Shown here: piece after piece, positions 17,125 through 27,959 of the stretch
Numbering within the stretch: position 1 is the first letter of the stretch
How the letters are laid out: every line of letters starts with the position of its first letter
DNA from: Prolixibacteraceae bacterium
GTDB taxonomy: Bacteria; Bacteroidota; Bacteroidia; Bacteroidales; Prolixibacteraceae
Reading direction: 5' to 3'
Assembly (NCBI GenBank): GCA_036725585.1
Contig: DAIMEA010000001.1
Coordinates: forward strand, 1-40,713
DNA length: 40,713 bases
Program-made: the position numbers and the translations under genes
The notes under the pieces: model-generated
What the model saw: only the letters and a program-made list of their open reading frames with translations
Databases searched by the model: none
Told to the model about the DNA's origin: nothing

Positions 17125-17250
17125 CGAATTGTTAATTATTGAAAATGAATACGGGTTTTGCATTATTATGTCATATAAAATATAGAAAAACAGTGTTTTA
17201 TATATAATGAATACCCAGACTTGCCCTATGGCGATCGTTAAGAAATTATT

Positions 17251-17258
17251 TACATTTG
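17251..17258 (+). promoter_or_regulatory. -7 promoter box TACATTTG for the ComB-like/PatB-like operon
   Basis: Exact TAnnTTTG match, 18 nt upstream of the ATG at 17277. The track start at 17256 is a TTG inside this box. Confidence 0.35.
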
Positions 17259-17276
17259 TCTTTTTTTCAAAAGAAT

Positions 17277-17972
17277 ATGAAGATTCATCGTTTGCATTTG
17301 ATGGAAGGCGCCGCAAAAGCAACCGGACTAACGGTAATAATCGATGTATTCCGGGCTTTTTCGCTTGCCTGTTATGTTATAGCGAATGGGGCAAAAACCA
17401 TCTACCCGGTTGGATCGCTATCCGAGGCCTACCGGTTGAAACGATTCTATCCCGATGCCGTTCTAATGGGTGAGCGGCATGAGAAAATTTGTGATGGCTT
17501 TGATTTTGGAAACGCACCAACCCATATTCTTGGGATCGATTTTACCGGCAAAAGTGTCATTCATACAACCAGTTCCGGAACGCAGGGGATCGAACGAGCC
17601 CGGCAGGCTGCTTCAGTTCTCACCGGAAGTTTTGTGAATGCCCGGGCCATTGTCCGGTATATCCAGGAACAGAATCCATCCGAAGTCTCGCTGGTTGCAA
17701 TGGGTTATGAAGGGATTCGTCCTTCGCAGGAAGACGAATTTTGTGCCGACTATATTGAAAATTGCCTGAGGGAAAGGGAAACCCCTTTTGCCGACATGGT
17801 TGAAATACTTCGAACCGGCGACGGAGCCCGGTTGCTTGATCCTGCAAACCATGCGCATTCACCAGCGAGCGATTTTGATCTTTGCCTTAGTCTAAACCGA
17901 TTCTCTTTTGTGCTTCAGGTTGCAAAAGACATAAACGGAGTGAATTTTCTTCAAAAACGGGATGTTGTATGA
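17277..17972 (+). CDS. 2-phosphosulfolactate phosphatase family protein (ComB-like)
   Basis: The N-terminus MKIHRLHLMEGAAKATGLTVIIDVFRAFS and overall length are typical of the ComB family. The start is moved to the first ATG (17277). Confidence 0.75.
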   Translation: MKIHRLHLMEGAAKATGLTVIIDVFRAFSLACYVIANGAKTIYPVGSLSEAYRLKRFYPDAVLMGERHEKICDGFDFGNAPTHILGIDFTGKSVIHTTSSGTQGIERARQAASVLTGSFVNARAIVRYIQEQNPSEVSLVAMGYEGIRPSQEDEFCADYIENCLRERETPFADMVEILRTGDGARLLDPANHAHSPASDFDLCLSLNRFSFVLQVAKDINGVNFLQKRDVV

Positions 17973-19147
17973 AATCGAAACACGCAAAAAGTCCCTTCGA
18001 CGAGGTCATTAATCGCGTCGATAGCAACTGTGAAAAGTGGGACGATCGCCTGTCGATCTTTGGTCGTAAAGATGTGCTTCCTCTGTGGGTGGCCGATACC
18101 GATTTCCAGACGCCCAAATTCATTGTTGATGCCGTAAAAAAGCGTGCTGACCACGAAGTGTACGGCTACCCGATGATCCCTACGTCGTTTTATGATTCCA
18201 TCCGTTTGTGGATGGAACAGCAGCATGGGTGGAACATCCAACAGGATTGGATCTCGTATGCGCCCAATGTAGTGGTGGCTCTGGCATCGCTGGTTCTTTC
18301 CCTTACCCTCCCCGGCGATAAAATCATTGTTCAACCACCGGTTTATTTTCCATTTTTTCACGTTGTTGGCGGAAACGGGCGCATTGTGACCGAAAATCCC
18401 CTGATTCAAAAGGGTGGGAAATATGTTATTGATTTTGACGATCTGGAAAAAAAAATCGACGACCGAACCCGGATGCTTTTACTCTGCAATCCCCATAATC
18501 CCGGGGGAAGAGTATGGTCGAAAGAAGAGCTTACCGAGTTAGGGCGGATTTGTTTTCGTCATTCAATTTTAATTGTATCCGACGAAATACATTCCGACTT
18601 AACCTTGCCGGGTTACCGGCACACTCCTTTCGGGTCGATCGGAGAAGAATACTTGCAGAACAGTATTACGGTTTCATCAGCCAGTAAAACGTTTAATATG
18701 GCCGGCTTGTCTTCGGCCTATGTTATCGTTCCCAACGAGAAAGCCCATCGTCGTTACAAAGAGTTGATGAAAGCAACACATATTTCATCGGGCAATTTTT
18801 TTGGATTGGTAGCTACCGAAGCGGCCTATCGTGAAGGGCATGAATGGCTTCAGGAACTTCGCTTGTATCTCGACGGGAATGCCCGCTTTGTTGCGTCGTT
18901 TTTATCCGAAAGAATGCCCAGGGTAAAACTCATGAAGCCGGAGTCGACCTTTTTGCTATGGATCGATCTGTCAGGGCTAGGGCTGAAGCCGGAGGATGCA
19001 TTTCAACGGCTTGTCCAGGCAGGTCTTGGATTAAGCCCGGGTTGGTTATTTGGAACAGGTGGGGAAGCATTTGTGCGGATGAACATCGGATGTCCCCGCT
19101 CTCTGCTCGGGCAAGCGCTGGTATTGTTCGAAAAGGCTTTTTCGTAA
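17969..19147 (+). CDS. MalY/PatB-family PLP-dependent C-S beta-lyase (class I/II aminotransferase fold)
   Basis: Contains NCEKWD, LPLWVADTDFQTPKFIVDA, CNPHNPGGRVW, and the PLP-lysine motif SASKTFNMAGL. Its ATG overlaps the ComB-like stop (ATGA at 17969-17972). Confidence 0.85.
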   Translation: MKSKHAKSPFDEVINRVDSNCEKWDDRLSIFGRKDVLPLWVADTDFQTPKFIVDAVKKRADHEVYGYPMIPTSFYDSIRLWMEQQHGWNIQQDWISYAPNVVVALASLVLSLTLPGDKIIVQPPVYFPFFHVVGGNGRIVTENPLIQKGGKYVIDFDDLEKKIDDRTRMLLLCNPHNPGGRVWSKEELTELGRICFRHSILIVSDEIHSDLTLPGYRHTPFGSIGEEYLQNSITVSSASKTFNMAGLSSAYVIVPNEKAHRRYKELMKATHISSGNFFGLVATEAAYREGHEWLQELRLYLDGNARFVASFLSERMPRVKLMKPESTFLLWIDLSGLGLKPEDAFQRLVQAGLGLSPGWLFGTGGEAFVRMNIGCPRSLLGQALVLFEKAFS

Positions 19148-19163
19148 AAAAGTCCCGATCCCG

Positions 19164-19421
19164 TTAAGAATTCAGTTGCTCGCCGGAATGGGCGAGCACA
19201 ACAATTTTGTTTGCCTTGCATTCAACCACCCCGCCCGTAATGGAATAATACAGAGTTTGTGCATCGGCATCAATTATTTTGATGGTTCCCTTATCAAGTG
19301 AGGAGATAATGGGTGCGTGATTGTTGAGTATTTCGAATGAACCCATTGCCCCGGGGACCTTTACCAGTTTAACTTCATGGGTGTAAAGAATTTTTTCGGG
19401 TGTAATGATTTCAAGATGCAT
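19164..19421 (-). CDS. atpC: F0F1 ATP synthase subunit epsilon
   Basis: 85 aa with MHLEIITPEKILY...VPGAMGSFEILNNHAPIIS. It lies immediately downstream of atpD. Confidence 0.9.
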   Translation of the reverse strand: MHLEIITPEKILYTHEVKLVKVPGAMGSFEILNNHAPIISSLDKGTIKIIDADAQTLYYSITGGVVECKANKIVVLAHSGEQLNS

Positions 19422-19430
19422 GGTCCTTGT

Positions 19431-20951
<1,521 letters not shown>

Positions 20952-21007
20952 CTAAAAATAGAAAAATTATCGAGTGGTAAACGAAGAAAAAACGATTTAT
21001 TTTCGGA

Positions 21008-21991
21008 TCAATTTTTCCGGTTCATCATTTTTTCTGCCATTTGCCACAGCTCGTTTTTTCCTTGATTGTTTCTGCTGATATTGTTCCAATGTTCTTTTGC
21101 AAGGGAAAATTGTTCTTCAATGAGTTGGTTGGAAAACGAGGCAATACTCAGTTTTTGATAAATCTTTTGTATCGCGCTTATTTTTTCATCGGGGTCGAAT
21201 TCTTTTTGGTTCAACCAATAGGTGAGCTCCAAAAATTCTTTTTCGGGAGCCAACTCAAGGGCTTTGAGTAAAAGATAGGTTTTCTTGTTGGTCAGAATAT
21301 CGTTTCCAATTTTTTTCCCAAACGATTCCTGATCGCCGAAAGTATCCAGGTGGTCGTCCTGTAATTGAAATGCCAACCCCAGGTGATAACCAAAACGATA
21401 AAGGTTTTCTGCCTCATCGAAGGGCGCTTCGGCAAGCAGGGCTCCCAGTTTCAGACTGGAGGCGATCAATACAGCTGTTTTCAGGCCAATCATCTTCAGA
21501 TATTGATCGACCGACACCCCGGTTTTTGTTTCAAAATCCATGTCGAATTGTTGCCCTTCACAAACCTGAAGGGCTGTATCGAAAAAATGCTGAAGAACCG
21601 GTAACGGATCCGGCAAATCGATGCCGGAAATATAGCGGCTGGCAAGGATCGACATGGCATCGCCCGATAAAAGGGCAGCGTTATCGGAAAATTGTATGTG
21701 AACGGTTGGTTTGTTTCGGCGAAGCATTGATTGATCCATCATGTCGTCGTGAAGCAGCGTGAAGTTATGGAAAATTTCGATGGCCAAAGCAGCCGGAAGT
21801 GCTCGTTCTATATCGGCACGATACAATTGGAACGCCGAAAGCAACAAAATGGGGCGGAGTCTTTTTCCCCCCAAACCCAGGCAATAGACAATCGGTTCGT
21901 ATAGGTTTAGCGGATCCTTTTGTACTAAAGCATTCATTTCCTTTTTCAAAGCTGCGTCGAAAAAGGCACGAAGTTCAGGAATTTTTTTCAT
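21008..21991 (-). CDS. short-chain polyprenyl diphosphate synthase family protein (FPP/GGPP synthase-like)
   Basis: First motif FHNFTLLHDDMMD has an aromatic F at -5. Second motif is FQLQDDHLD, and GKRLRP lies near the N-terminus. The ATG start overlaps the end of the upstream RND gene by 17 nt. Confidence 0.82.
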   Translation of the reverse strand: MKKIPELRAFFDAALKKEMNALVQKDPLNLYEPIVYCLGLGGKRLRPILLLSAFQLYRADIERALPAALAIEIFHNFTLLHDDMMDQSMLRRNKPTVHIQFSDNAALLSGDAMSILASRYISGIDLPDPLPVLQHFFDTALQVCEGQQFDMDFETKTGVSVDQYLKMIGLKTAVLIASSLKLGALLAEAPFDEAENLYRFGYHLGLAFQLQDDHLDTFGDQESFGKKIGNDILTNKKTYLLLKALELAPEKEFLELTYWLNQKEFDPDEKISAIQKIYQKLSIASFSNQLIEEQFSLAKEHWNNISRNNQGKNELWQMAEKMMNRKN

Positions 21992-24401
21992 TTTTTGGGA
22001 GGGTGTCTTTTTTAATCCGGGTTTGATCCTCTATGGTTAATTCGTTCAGGTTGATATCTTCTTCTTCGTTATAAATCTGAAGCAAAGGTTCGTGAAATGA
22101 CTTGGTGGTAATAGAACGTTCCAGCCCGATCAGAAGGGATGGAAGCAGGACCAGATTTGAAATCAGGGCGACCATTAGTGTTATGGAAACCAGCAAGCCC
22201 ATGGCTTGAGTTCCTCCAAAATTGGAAAAAGTGAAAATGCCGAATCCAAAAAAGAGAACGGTTGAGGTATAGAGCATACTCACCCCGGTTTCGCGCAATC
22301 CTCTCACAACCGATTTCCGTATATTCCAGTTCGATGCAGTTAATTCCTGCCTGTATTTAGCCAGAAAATGAATGGTATTGTCGACCGAAATTCCAAATGC
22401 AACACTGAAAACCAATAAGGTAGATGCTTTAATGGGAATTCCTGTGTATCCCATAATCGCTGCGGTCATTAATAGAGGAATAATATTTGGGATAAGCGAC
22501 ATTAAAACCATCTTGCCGGAATAGAACATCAATGCCATGAAAAGGGAAATGGCAAAAATAGCCAATGCTATACTGGTAAACAGATTTCCTACAAGGTATT
22601 GATTCCCTCTGAAGAAAACAACACTCGAACCGGTAACCGTCACATTGTAATTTTCAGCCGGGAATATTTCCTTCAGATCGCTCATGAAAAGTTCATAAAG
22701 TTCATCCATTCTTTTGGTGCCAACATCTTTCATGCGAATGCTCACACGGCTGTATCGCATGGTTGAATCGACAAACGAACTAACAATGCCCAAATCGGTT
22801 TCAACTGTGTTTACATACGACAGGATGAAGTTTTTTTCTGTATTGCTGGGAAGTGCGTAATAGTTTTCGTTTCCGTTGTAAAAGGCTTGTTTGGCTAGTT
22901 TTACCACATTAATAAACGAAAGGGATGAAGAAAGTTCATCGTAGTTTGTCAGGCGCTGGTCGAGCTGGTCGAGTTTTTGCATGGTGGCTGTTTGGAGCAA
23001 ACCATTCGTTTTTTTTGTATCTATGATGATTTCGAGGGGCATGATCCCGTCGAAATTGCTCTCGAAAAAATGGAGGTCTTTGTAAATCGGATCGCTTTTG
23101 GGAATATCATCCACCATATAACCGGTAGTTTTCATTCGGGTTATGCCATAAATACTGGCGGCCAAAACCAGGAACATAATCGCAATTACTGTTTTACGTC
23201 TGTTTAACGAAATCCATACCAGGTTCTTGATAATTTTCTCCATGCCTTTCCGGTCGAGGTGTTTGGTATGTCTTTCGAGGGGGGGAGCAAGGAAGCTGAA
23301 AATTATTGGAATCAGTAAAACCGAAAAGAAGAAAAGGCCAAAAATATTTAAGGAAGCAATAATTCCAAATTCCTTTAAGACGGTACTTCGTGTTGTGATC
23401 AGTGTGGCAAATCCGCAGGCAGTGGTAAGGTTGCTCATAAAAATCGCATTCCCCACCTTTTGGATAACGCGTTTAAGGGCTTTTATTTTGTTTTGGTGAA
23501 TCCGGTACTCGTTGTGATATTTATTGAGCATGTATATACTGTTTGGCATTCCGATCACAATCAGCAAAGTTGGAATCATACCAGTGAGTACATTGATTTC
23601 ATATCCGAATATTGCCATGGTACCCATAGCATTCACCACTCCGGTCAGTACAACAAGCGCAGGGAAAATCATTGCCTTAAACGACCGGAAGAATAAATAA
23701 AGGGCCAAAAGGCAAATTCCCATTGCTGCTGCCATGAAAATGTAGATCTCTTTTTTGATCAGCAACGCATTCATTACATTGATGTAGGGCAGGCCCGAAT
23801 AATGAACTTTCAGTTTTGTTTCTTTTTCAAATTGAGAACAAATGTCCCTGATGGCCAGCACGAGCGCTTCCCTTTCTTGTGTAATGATCTTTTCCTTGTT
23901 AATGGTAAGAACAACAAGGTAGGCGTGGGTTGAATCGTTGTATAGATAATGCCGGTATATCGGGATAGATTTAAAAATTGCGGTTAAACTATCGAGTTCT
24001 GTTTGTTTTTTTACCGAATCTCCGTAAATGTTCAGTAAATCGAAACGCTTTTTTTCGATGTTTTTTACAAGCTTAAAGGAATTGGACACGTTAAGCATTC
24101 CGTCAACACCCTCTATATCCGATAAATCGCCACACAACTTTTCCCATCGCTGAAAATGATCGAGTGTGAAAAAATTTTCATCCGTGATACCTACAACAAT
24201 AATATTTGCTTCGTTCCCGAAGGTGGAAAGAAACTTATCATAGTCAACATAAGCCTTGTCTTTTTTGGGTAAAAGAGGCAGGTCCTGGTACGACATTTTG
24301 ATATTCCGGGCCTGGTATCCCATGAAAATTGTAAGAAGCCCCACAAGGACTAGTAACAAAATTCTATATCTGAGGATAAAACTGGAAACGCGTTGCCACA
24401 T
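21975..24401 (-). CDS. RND-superfamily MMPL/HpnN-like transporter
   Basis: It shows the typical RND pseudo-repeat: two blocks of about 6 TM helices, each preceded by a large soluble loop. The second block has an MMPL-like motif GISVDNTIHFLAKYRQEL. I prefer the ATG at 24401 (MWQRVSSFILRYRILLLVL...). The track start at 24452 is a TTG. Confidence 0.8.
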   Translation of the reverse strand: MWQRVSSFILRYRILLLVLVGLLTIFMGYQARNIKMSYQDLPLLPKKDKAYVDYDKFLSTFGNEANIIVVGITDENFFTLDHFQRWEKLCGDLSDIEGVDGMLNVSNSFKLVKNIEKKRFDLLNIYGDSVKKQTELDSLTAIFKSIPIYRHYLYNDSTHAYLVVLTINKEKIITQEREALVLAIRDICSQFEKETKLKVHYSGLPYINVMNALLIKKEIYIFMAAAMGICLLALYLFFRSFKAMIFPALVVLTGVVNAMGTMAIFGYEINVLTGMIPTLLIVIGMPNSIYMLNKYHNEYRIHQNKIKALKRVIQKVGNAIFMSNLTTACGFATLITTRSTVLKEFGIIASLNIFGLFFFSVLLIPIIFSFLAPPLERHTKHLDRKGMEKIIKNLVWISLNRRKTVIAIMFLVLAASIYGITRMKTTGYMVDDIPKSDPIYKDLHFFESNFDGIMPLEIIIDTKKTNGLLQTATMQKLDQLDQRLTNYDELSSSLSFINVVKLAKQAFYNGNENYYALPSNTEKNFILSYVNTVETDLGIVSSFVDSTMRYSRVSIRMKDVGTKRMDELYELFMSDLKEIFPAENYNVTVTGSSVVFFRGNQYLVGNLFTSIALAIFAISLFMALMFYSGKMVLMSLIPNIIPLLMTAAIMGYTGIPIKASTLLVFSVAFGISVDNTIHFLAKYRQELTASNWNIRKSVVRGLRETGVSMLYTSTVLFFGFGIFTFSNFGGTQAMGLLVSITLMVALISNLVLLPSLLIGLERSITTKSFHEPLLQIYNEEEDINLNELTIEDQTRIKKDTLPKNEKNS

Positions 24402-24500
24402 AATAATTTGAAAAAACTTGTCGAAAATACGATTAATCGATGATTTTAACAAAGGGATAAGAAAAGTAATTTCATCTATTTTACTTCCCTTTCAGAATAT

Positions 24501-24508
24501 TAAATTTG
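24501..24508 (+). promoter_or_regulatory. -7 promoter box TAAATTTG for the Na/Pi cotransporter gene
   Basis: Exact TAnnTTTG match about 19 nt upstream of the ATG at 24528. Confidence 0.35.
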
Positions 24509-24527
24509 TGCAGAATGTAGAAAAACA

Positions 24528-26207
24528 ATGAGCCTATTCATTTTATTACTTACAGTTGCCGGGGCTAGTGCTTTGTTTTTGTTCGGAATGAAGCTGATGA
24601 GCGAAGCACTCCAAAAAATTTTTGGAGAGCGGCTTCGGGTCATTTTATCCTCCATGTCGACCAGTAAGGTCCGGGGGGTGCTGGCCGGTTTGTTTATTAC
24701 TTCTCTGATCCAGTCATCATCGGCAACTACCGTAATGGTGGTTAGTTTTGTCAATGCCGGGATATTGCGCCTGGTTGAGGCGGTGAGCATCATTATGGGC
24801 GCCAATATCGGAACTACATTTACTGCCTGGATGATTGCTTTTTTTGGCTTCAACAGCCATTTTACGCTGCTTACCCTTCCCCTGATTGGCATCGGAATTC
24901 CCTTCATTTTCTCCAATAACCGAAAACTGAAAAACTGGGGTGAAATCATTATGGGCTTTTCGTTATTGTTTATTGCCCTTCGTTTTTTGAAAGAGTTTAT
25001 TCCTGCTGCTGAAGGGACCCGACTGCTGGAAATATTTCAAACGCTGGGTTCATTTGGCTATGCCTCTTATCTCCTTTTTATTGTTCTGGGTGCACTGGTT
25101 ACCCTCTTTATCAAATCGTCGAATGCTACTTTTGCCCTTCTTTTGGTTTTAGGTTTTCAGGGATGGATCGGTTTTGATTTATCTGCCTCGATGATTCTCG
25201 GCATGAATGTGGGCACCACTCTTGCAGCCATTTCAGCTGCCCGGATTGCCAATACTACCGCGCGACGTGCAGCGTGGGCTCATTTTTTCTTTAACCTTAT
25301 TGGCGTATTATGGGTATTTGCCATATTCCCCCATTTTTTGGGTTTGGTTCGTTCTCTTTATATGTTGGCCGGATCTTTGGATCCCATGCTCGATACGAGT
25401 GCCCAACCCATCGCCCTGGCTATTTTCCATACGCTGTTTAATCTGATTAATACGTTGGTATTATCAGGTTTTACTAGGCAGCTTTCTAAGGTTGTCGTGA
25501 AACGTATTCCGGTTTCCGATTCTGCTGAAAATGAATTTAAACTCAAACACATCAAGATAGGGCTTCTTTCAACTCCCGAAGCTTCTATCTTCCAGGCAAA
25601 ACGAGAAACCATTGTTTTTGCCGAGAGTGTTCGAAAGATGTTTCGGAATGTTGAAAAATCGTTTTTCGAACGGAATGAAAAAAACTATCATTCTCTGAAG
25701 GAAAAAATCCAAACTGCCGAAGACTATTCCGATCGGTTGGAAAAAGAAATCGCCGTTTACCTCACCAAGGTTGGTGAGGGACGACTCAGCGAAAACAGCT
25801 CTCGCCGATTGCGGGCATTGTATAAAATGATTGATGATATTGAAAGCATTGCCGATTCATGCATGAATATCCTGAATGCTATTGAGCGAAAACGATCGGC
25901 AAAAATCGAATTTCCCGAACACATCCAGAATAATATCTCCCTGATGATGAATATGGTGAAAGAAGCCCTTGATACTATGGTTACGATGTTGACCTACGAG
26001 GAAGAACTACCTTTTAGCCTGGCGCAAAACAACGAACGCGAAATCAATAATTTTCGGGATATTCTTAAGAGCGAGCACCTGAACAATCTCGAAAAAGGTA
26101 TTTATAAATACGAAGCAGGCATGCTTTATAACGACATTATTTCGCAGTGCGAACGAATCGGTGATTACGTTTTCAATGTAGAGGAGTCGTTGAAAAGCCT
26201 GTATTAA
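24528..26207 (+). CDS. Na+/phosphate cotransporter family protein with a C-terminal PhoU-like domain
   Basis: Na_Pi_cotrans signatures (FLFGMKLMSEALQ, LIQSSSATTVMVVSFVNAG, GANIGTT / GMNVGTT repeat) followed by a helical C-terminal region of about 200 aa. Confidence 0.85.
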   Translation: MSLFILLLTVAGASALFLFGMKLMSEALQKIFGERLRVILSSMSTSKVRGVLAGLFITSLIQSSSATTVMVVSFVNAGILRLVEAVSIIMGANIGTTFTAWMIAFFGFNSHFTLLTLPLIGIGIPFIFSNNRKLKNWGEIIMGFSLLFIALRFLKEFIPAAEGTRLLEIFQTLGSFGYASYLLFIVLGALVTLFIKSSNATFALLLVLGFQGWIGFDLSASMILGMNVGTTLAAISAARIANTTARRAAWAHFFFNLIGVLWVFAIFPHFLGLVRSLYMLAGSLDPMLDTSAQPIALAIFHTLFNLINTLVLSGFTRQLSKVVVKRIPVSDSAENEFKLKHIKIGLLSTPEASIFQAKRETIVFAESVRKMFRNVEKSFFERNEKNYHSLKEKIQTAEDYSDRLEKEIAVYLTKVGEGRLSENSSRRLRALYKMIDDIESIADSCMNILNAIERKRSAKIEFPEHIQNNISLMMNMVKEALDTMVTMLTYEEELPFSLAQNNEREINNFRDILKSEHLNNLEKGIYKYEAGMLYNDIISQCERIGDYVFNVEESLKSLY

Positions 26208-26217
26208 CAGGCAGCTC

Positions 26218-27855
26218 TCAATTTTCGGTAAATTGGACAATACTCTGGGCCGACCAGTTTTCCTTCAGCAATTCGACCGCTTTTTGAACCGTCGGGTCAA
26301 TTTCGAAAACAATCGGATAGAAACCGTTATCACCCAGTATATTGCGGGCTATCAATGCAGATATCTGTGTGGAAAGCAGGCGTTCCGATTCCCTTCGTTC
26401 CTGAACAGTTGGACGGATACCTTTTGTTTGGGCATAAACCAGGAAGGCATCCAACACCTTTTGTTCAGTCAGGTATTGTTTCAGTTCATCGGTTTTTTGG
26501 AAGCGGCTAAGTATGCTGCGGTGTTGGTCGGCATAGTCGAAACAAAAAGTGTACAGGATGTTTTGCGCGACACAGGCGATATAAAAATCATTGACTCCTG
26601 AAGTGTCGACCGGGATAAAAACATCGGGCATGATACCGCCGCCACCATATACCGTTCTGCCACCCAGTGTGGAATATTTCAAGCTATCGGCGAAATGGAT
26701 GCTGTCTCTCTCGAGGAGCTCATCATTATTTCTACGCTCGTAAATGTCCAGACGGTAAGCCTCGTTTCCATCCTGATAGGATTTCTGTATGCTTCGGCCG
26801 CTGGGAGTGTAGAAGCGGGCTACCGTTAAGCGAAGGGCCGAACCGTCGATAAAGGGGATTTGTTCCTGTACCAAACCTTTCCCAAACGAGCGCCGGCCAA
26901 CGATCAATCCCCGGTCGTTATCCTGAATCGCCCCGGCAAATATTTCACTGGCCGAAGCCGAATACTCGTCAATCAATACTACAAGACTTCCTTCCTGCCA
27001 TATTCCGTTCCCCGATGAGCGGTAATCGAACCGGGGTCTTGCTTTGCCTTCGGTATATACAATTAATTGGTTTTTAGGAAGGAACTCGTCGACCATCGAA
27101 AAAACGGCCTGAAGATATCCGCCTGAATTTCCCCGCAGGTCGATGATCAGTTTTCTCATTCCCGTTTCGGTCAATTGTACTAGCGATTGATGAAATTCTT
27201 TGTAGGTACTTTCGGCAAAACGATTAACCTTTATTAAACCGGTGGTTTTGTTGATCATGTATGCTGCATCGATGCTGAAAATGGGGATTTCGCCCCGGGT
27301 GATGGCAAAACCGAGCGTGTCGGGAAAACCGGGCCGGGAGACGCCTACATTAACCAGGGTGCCTTTTTTGCCCTTAAGCAGGGAAACGATGCTGTCGCTC
27401 CGGAGCCCGACTCCGGACACTGCTTTTTCATTTACGGAAACAATTCGGTCTCCGGCCAGGATACCCACCTGTTGGGAAGGGCCGCCGGATATAACTTCGA
27501 TTACCATCACGGTATCGTTTTGCATAACAAACTGGACGCCGATCCCGGAGAAATTGCCCCTCATTTCCTCACTAACGGCCCTCATTTCCTCGGCTTTAAT
27601 GTACGTTGTGTGCGGGTCAAGTTCATCGAGGATCAGGGGAATAATTTTCTCGATAAGTTCGTTTTTATCGATACTATCGACATAGTCTTGTTCGATCAGG
27701 CGGGTAATGACCGATAATTTATCGGGTTGGAACAGCGGCGTCTTTCGCTGGTTCGTCCGGGAAACATTCTGCTGAATTCCTGATCCCAGGAAAATTCCAA
27801 GTACAATGGCTAGGGCCAGGATCAGGGGAAGGAGAATTTTCAGATATCTGCTCAT
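26218..27855 (-). CDS. S41-family carboxy-terminal processing peptidase
   Basis: N-terminal TM segment, a PDZ segment (GGPSQQVGILAGDRIVSVN), the catalytic region DLRGNSGGYL, and ...SASASEIFAGAIQD...GKG. Confidence 0.9.
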   Translation of the reverse strand: MSRYLKILLPLILALAIVLGIFLGSGIQQNVSRTNQRKTPLFQPDKLSVITRLIEQDYVDSIDKNELIEKIIPLILDELDPHTTYIKAEEMRAVSEEMRGNFSGIGVQFVMQNDTVMVIEVISGGPSQQVGILAGDRIVSVNEKAVSGVGLRSDSIVSLLKGKKGTLVNVGVSRPGFPDTLGFAITRGEIPIFSIDAAYMINKTTGLIKVNRFAESTYKEFHQSLVQLTETGMRKLIIDLRGNSGGYLQAVFSMVDEFLPKNQLIVYTEGKARPRFDYRSSGNGIWQEGSLVVLIDEYSASASEIFAGAIQDNDRGLIVGRRSFGKGLVQEQIPFIDGSALRLTVARFYTPSGRSIQKSYQDGNEAYRLDIYERRNNDELLERDSIHFADSLKYSTLGGRTVYGGGGIMPDVFIPVDTSGVNDFYIACVAQNILYTFCFDYADQHRSILSRFQKTDELKQYLTEQKVLDAFLVYAQTKGIRPTVQERRESERLLSTQISALIARNILGDNGFYPIVFEIDPTVQKAVELLKENWSAQSIVQFTEN

Positions 27856-27896
27856 ATGAATTATTGGGTCATCGAAATGAATACGCGGGCAAAGCT

Positions 27897-27929
27897 AAAA
27901 AAAATGTCCGGCAAGACTTAGGCCGGACA
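27897..27929 (-). terminator. intrinsic terminator downstream of the receiver-domain gene
   Basis: TGTCCGGC-N9-GCCGGACA forms a perfect 8-bp stem (27905-27929). On the minus strand it is followed by a T8 run (plus-strand A-run 27897-27904). Confidence 0.6.
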
Positions 27930-27959
27930 GAAAAAAATACGAAAGTTTTCCTTTATTGT

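Noticed and set aside
17032-17276. A riboswitch or leader (for example SAM or another sulfur-related riboswitch) in the 245-nt gap before the ComB/PatB operon.
   Set aside because: The predicted -7 box lies only 18 nt before the ATG, which leaves almost no 5' UTR. The gap is too AT-rich to form the GC-supported helices of known riboswitch classes.
17951-18409. 152-aa minus-strand ORF.
   Set aside because: It is antisense within the PatB-like gene, which has the PLP-lysine motif in the plus frame.
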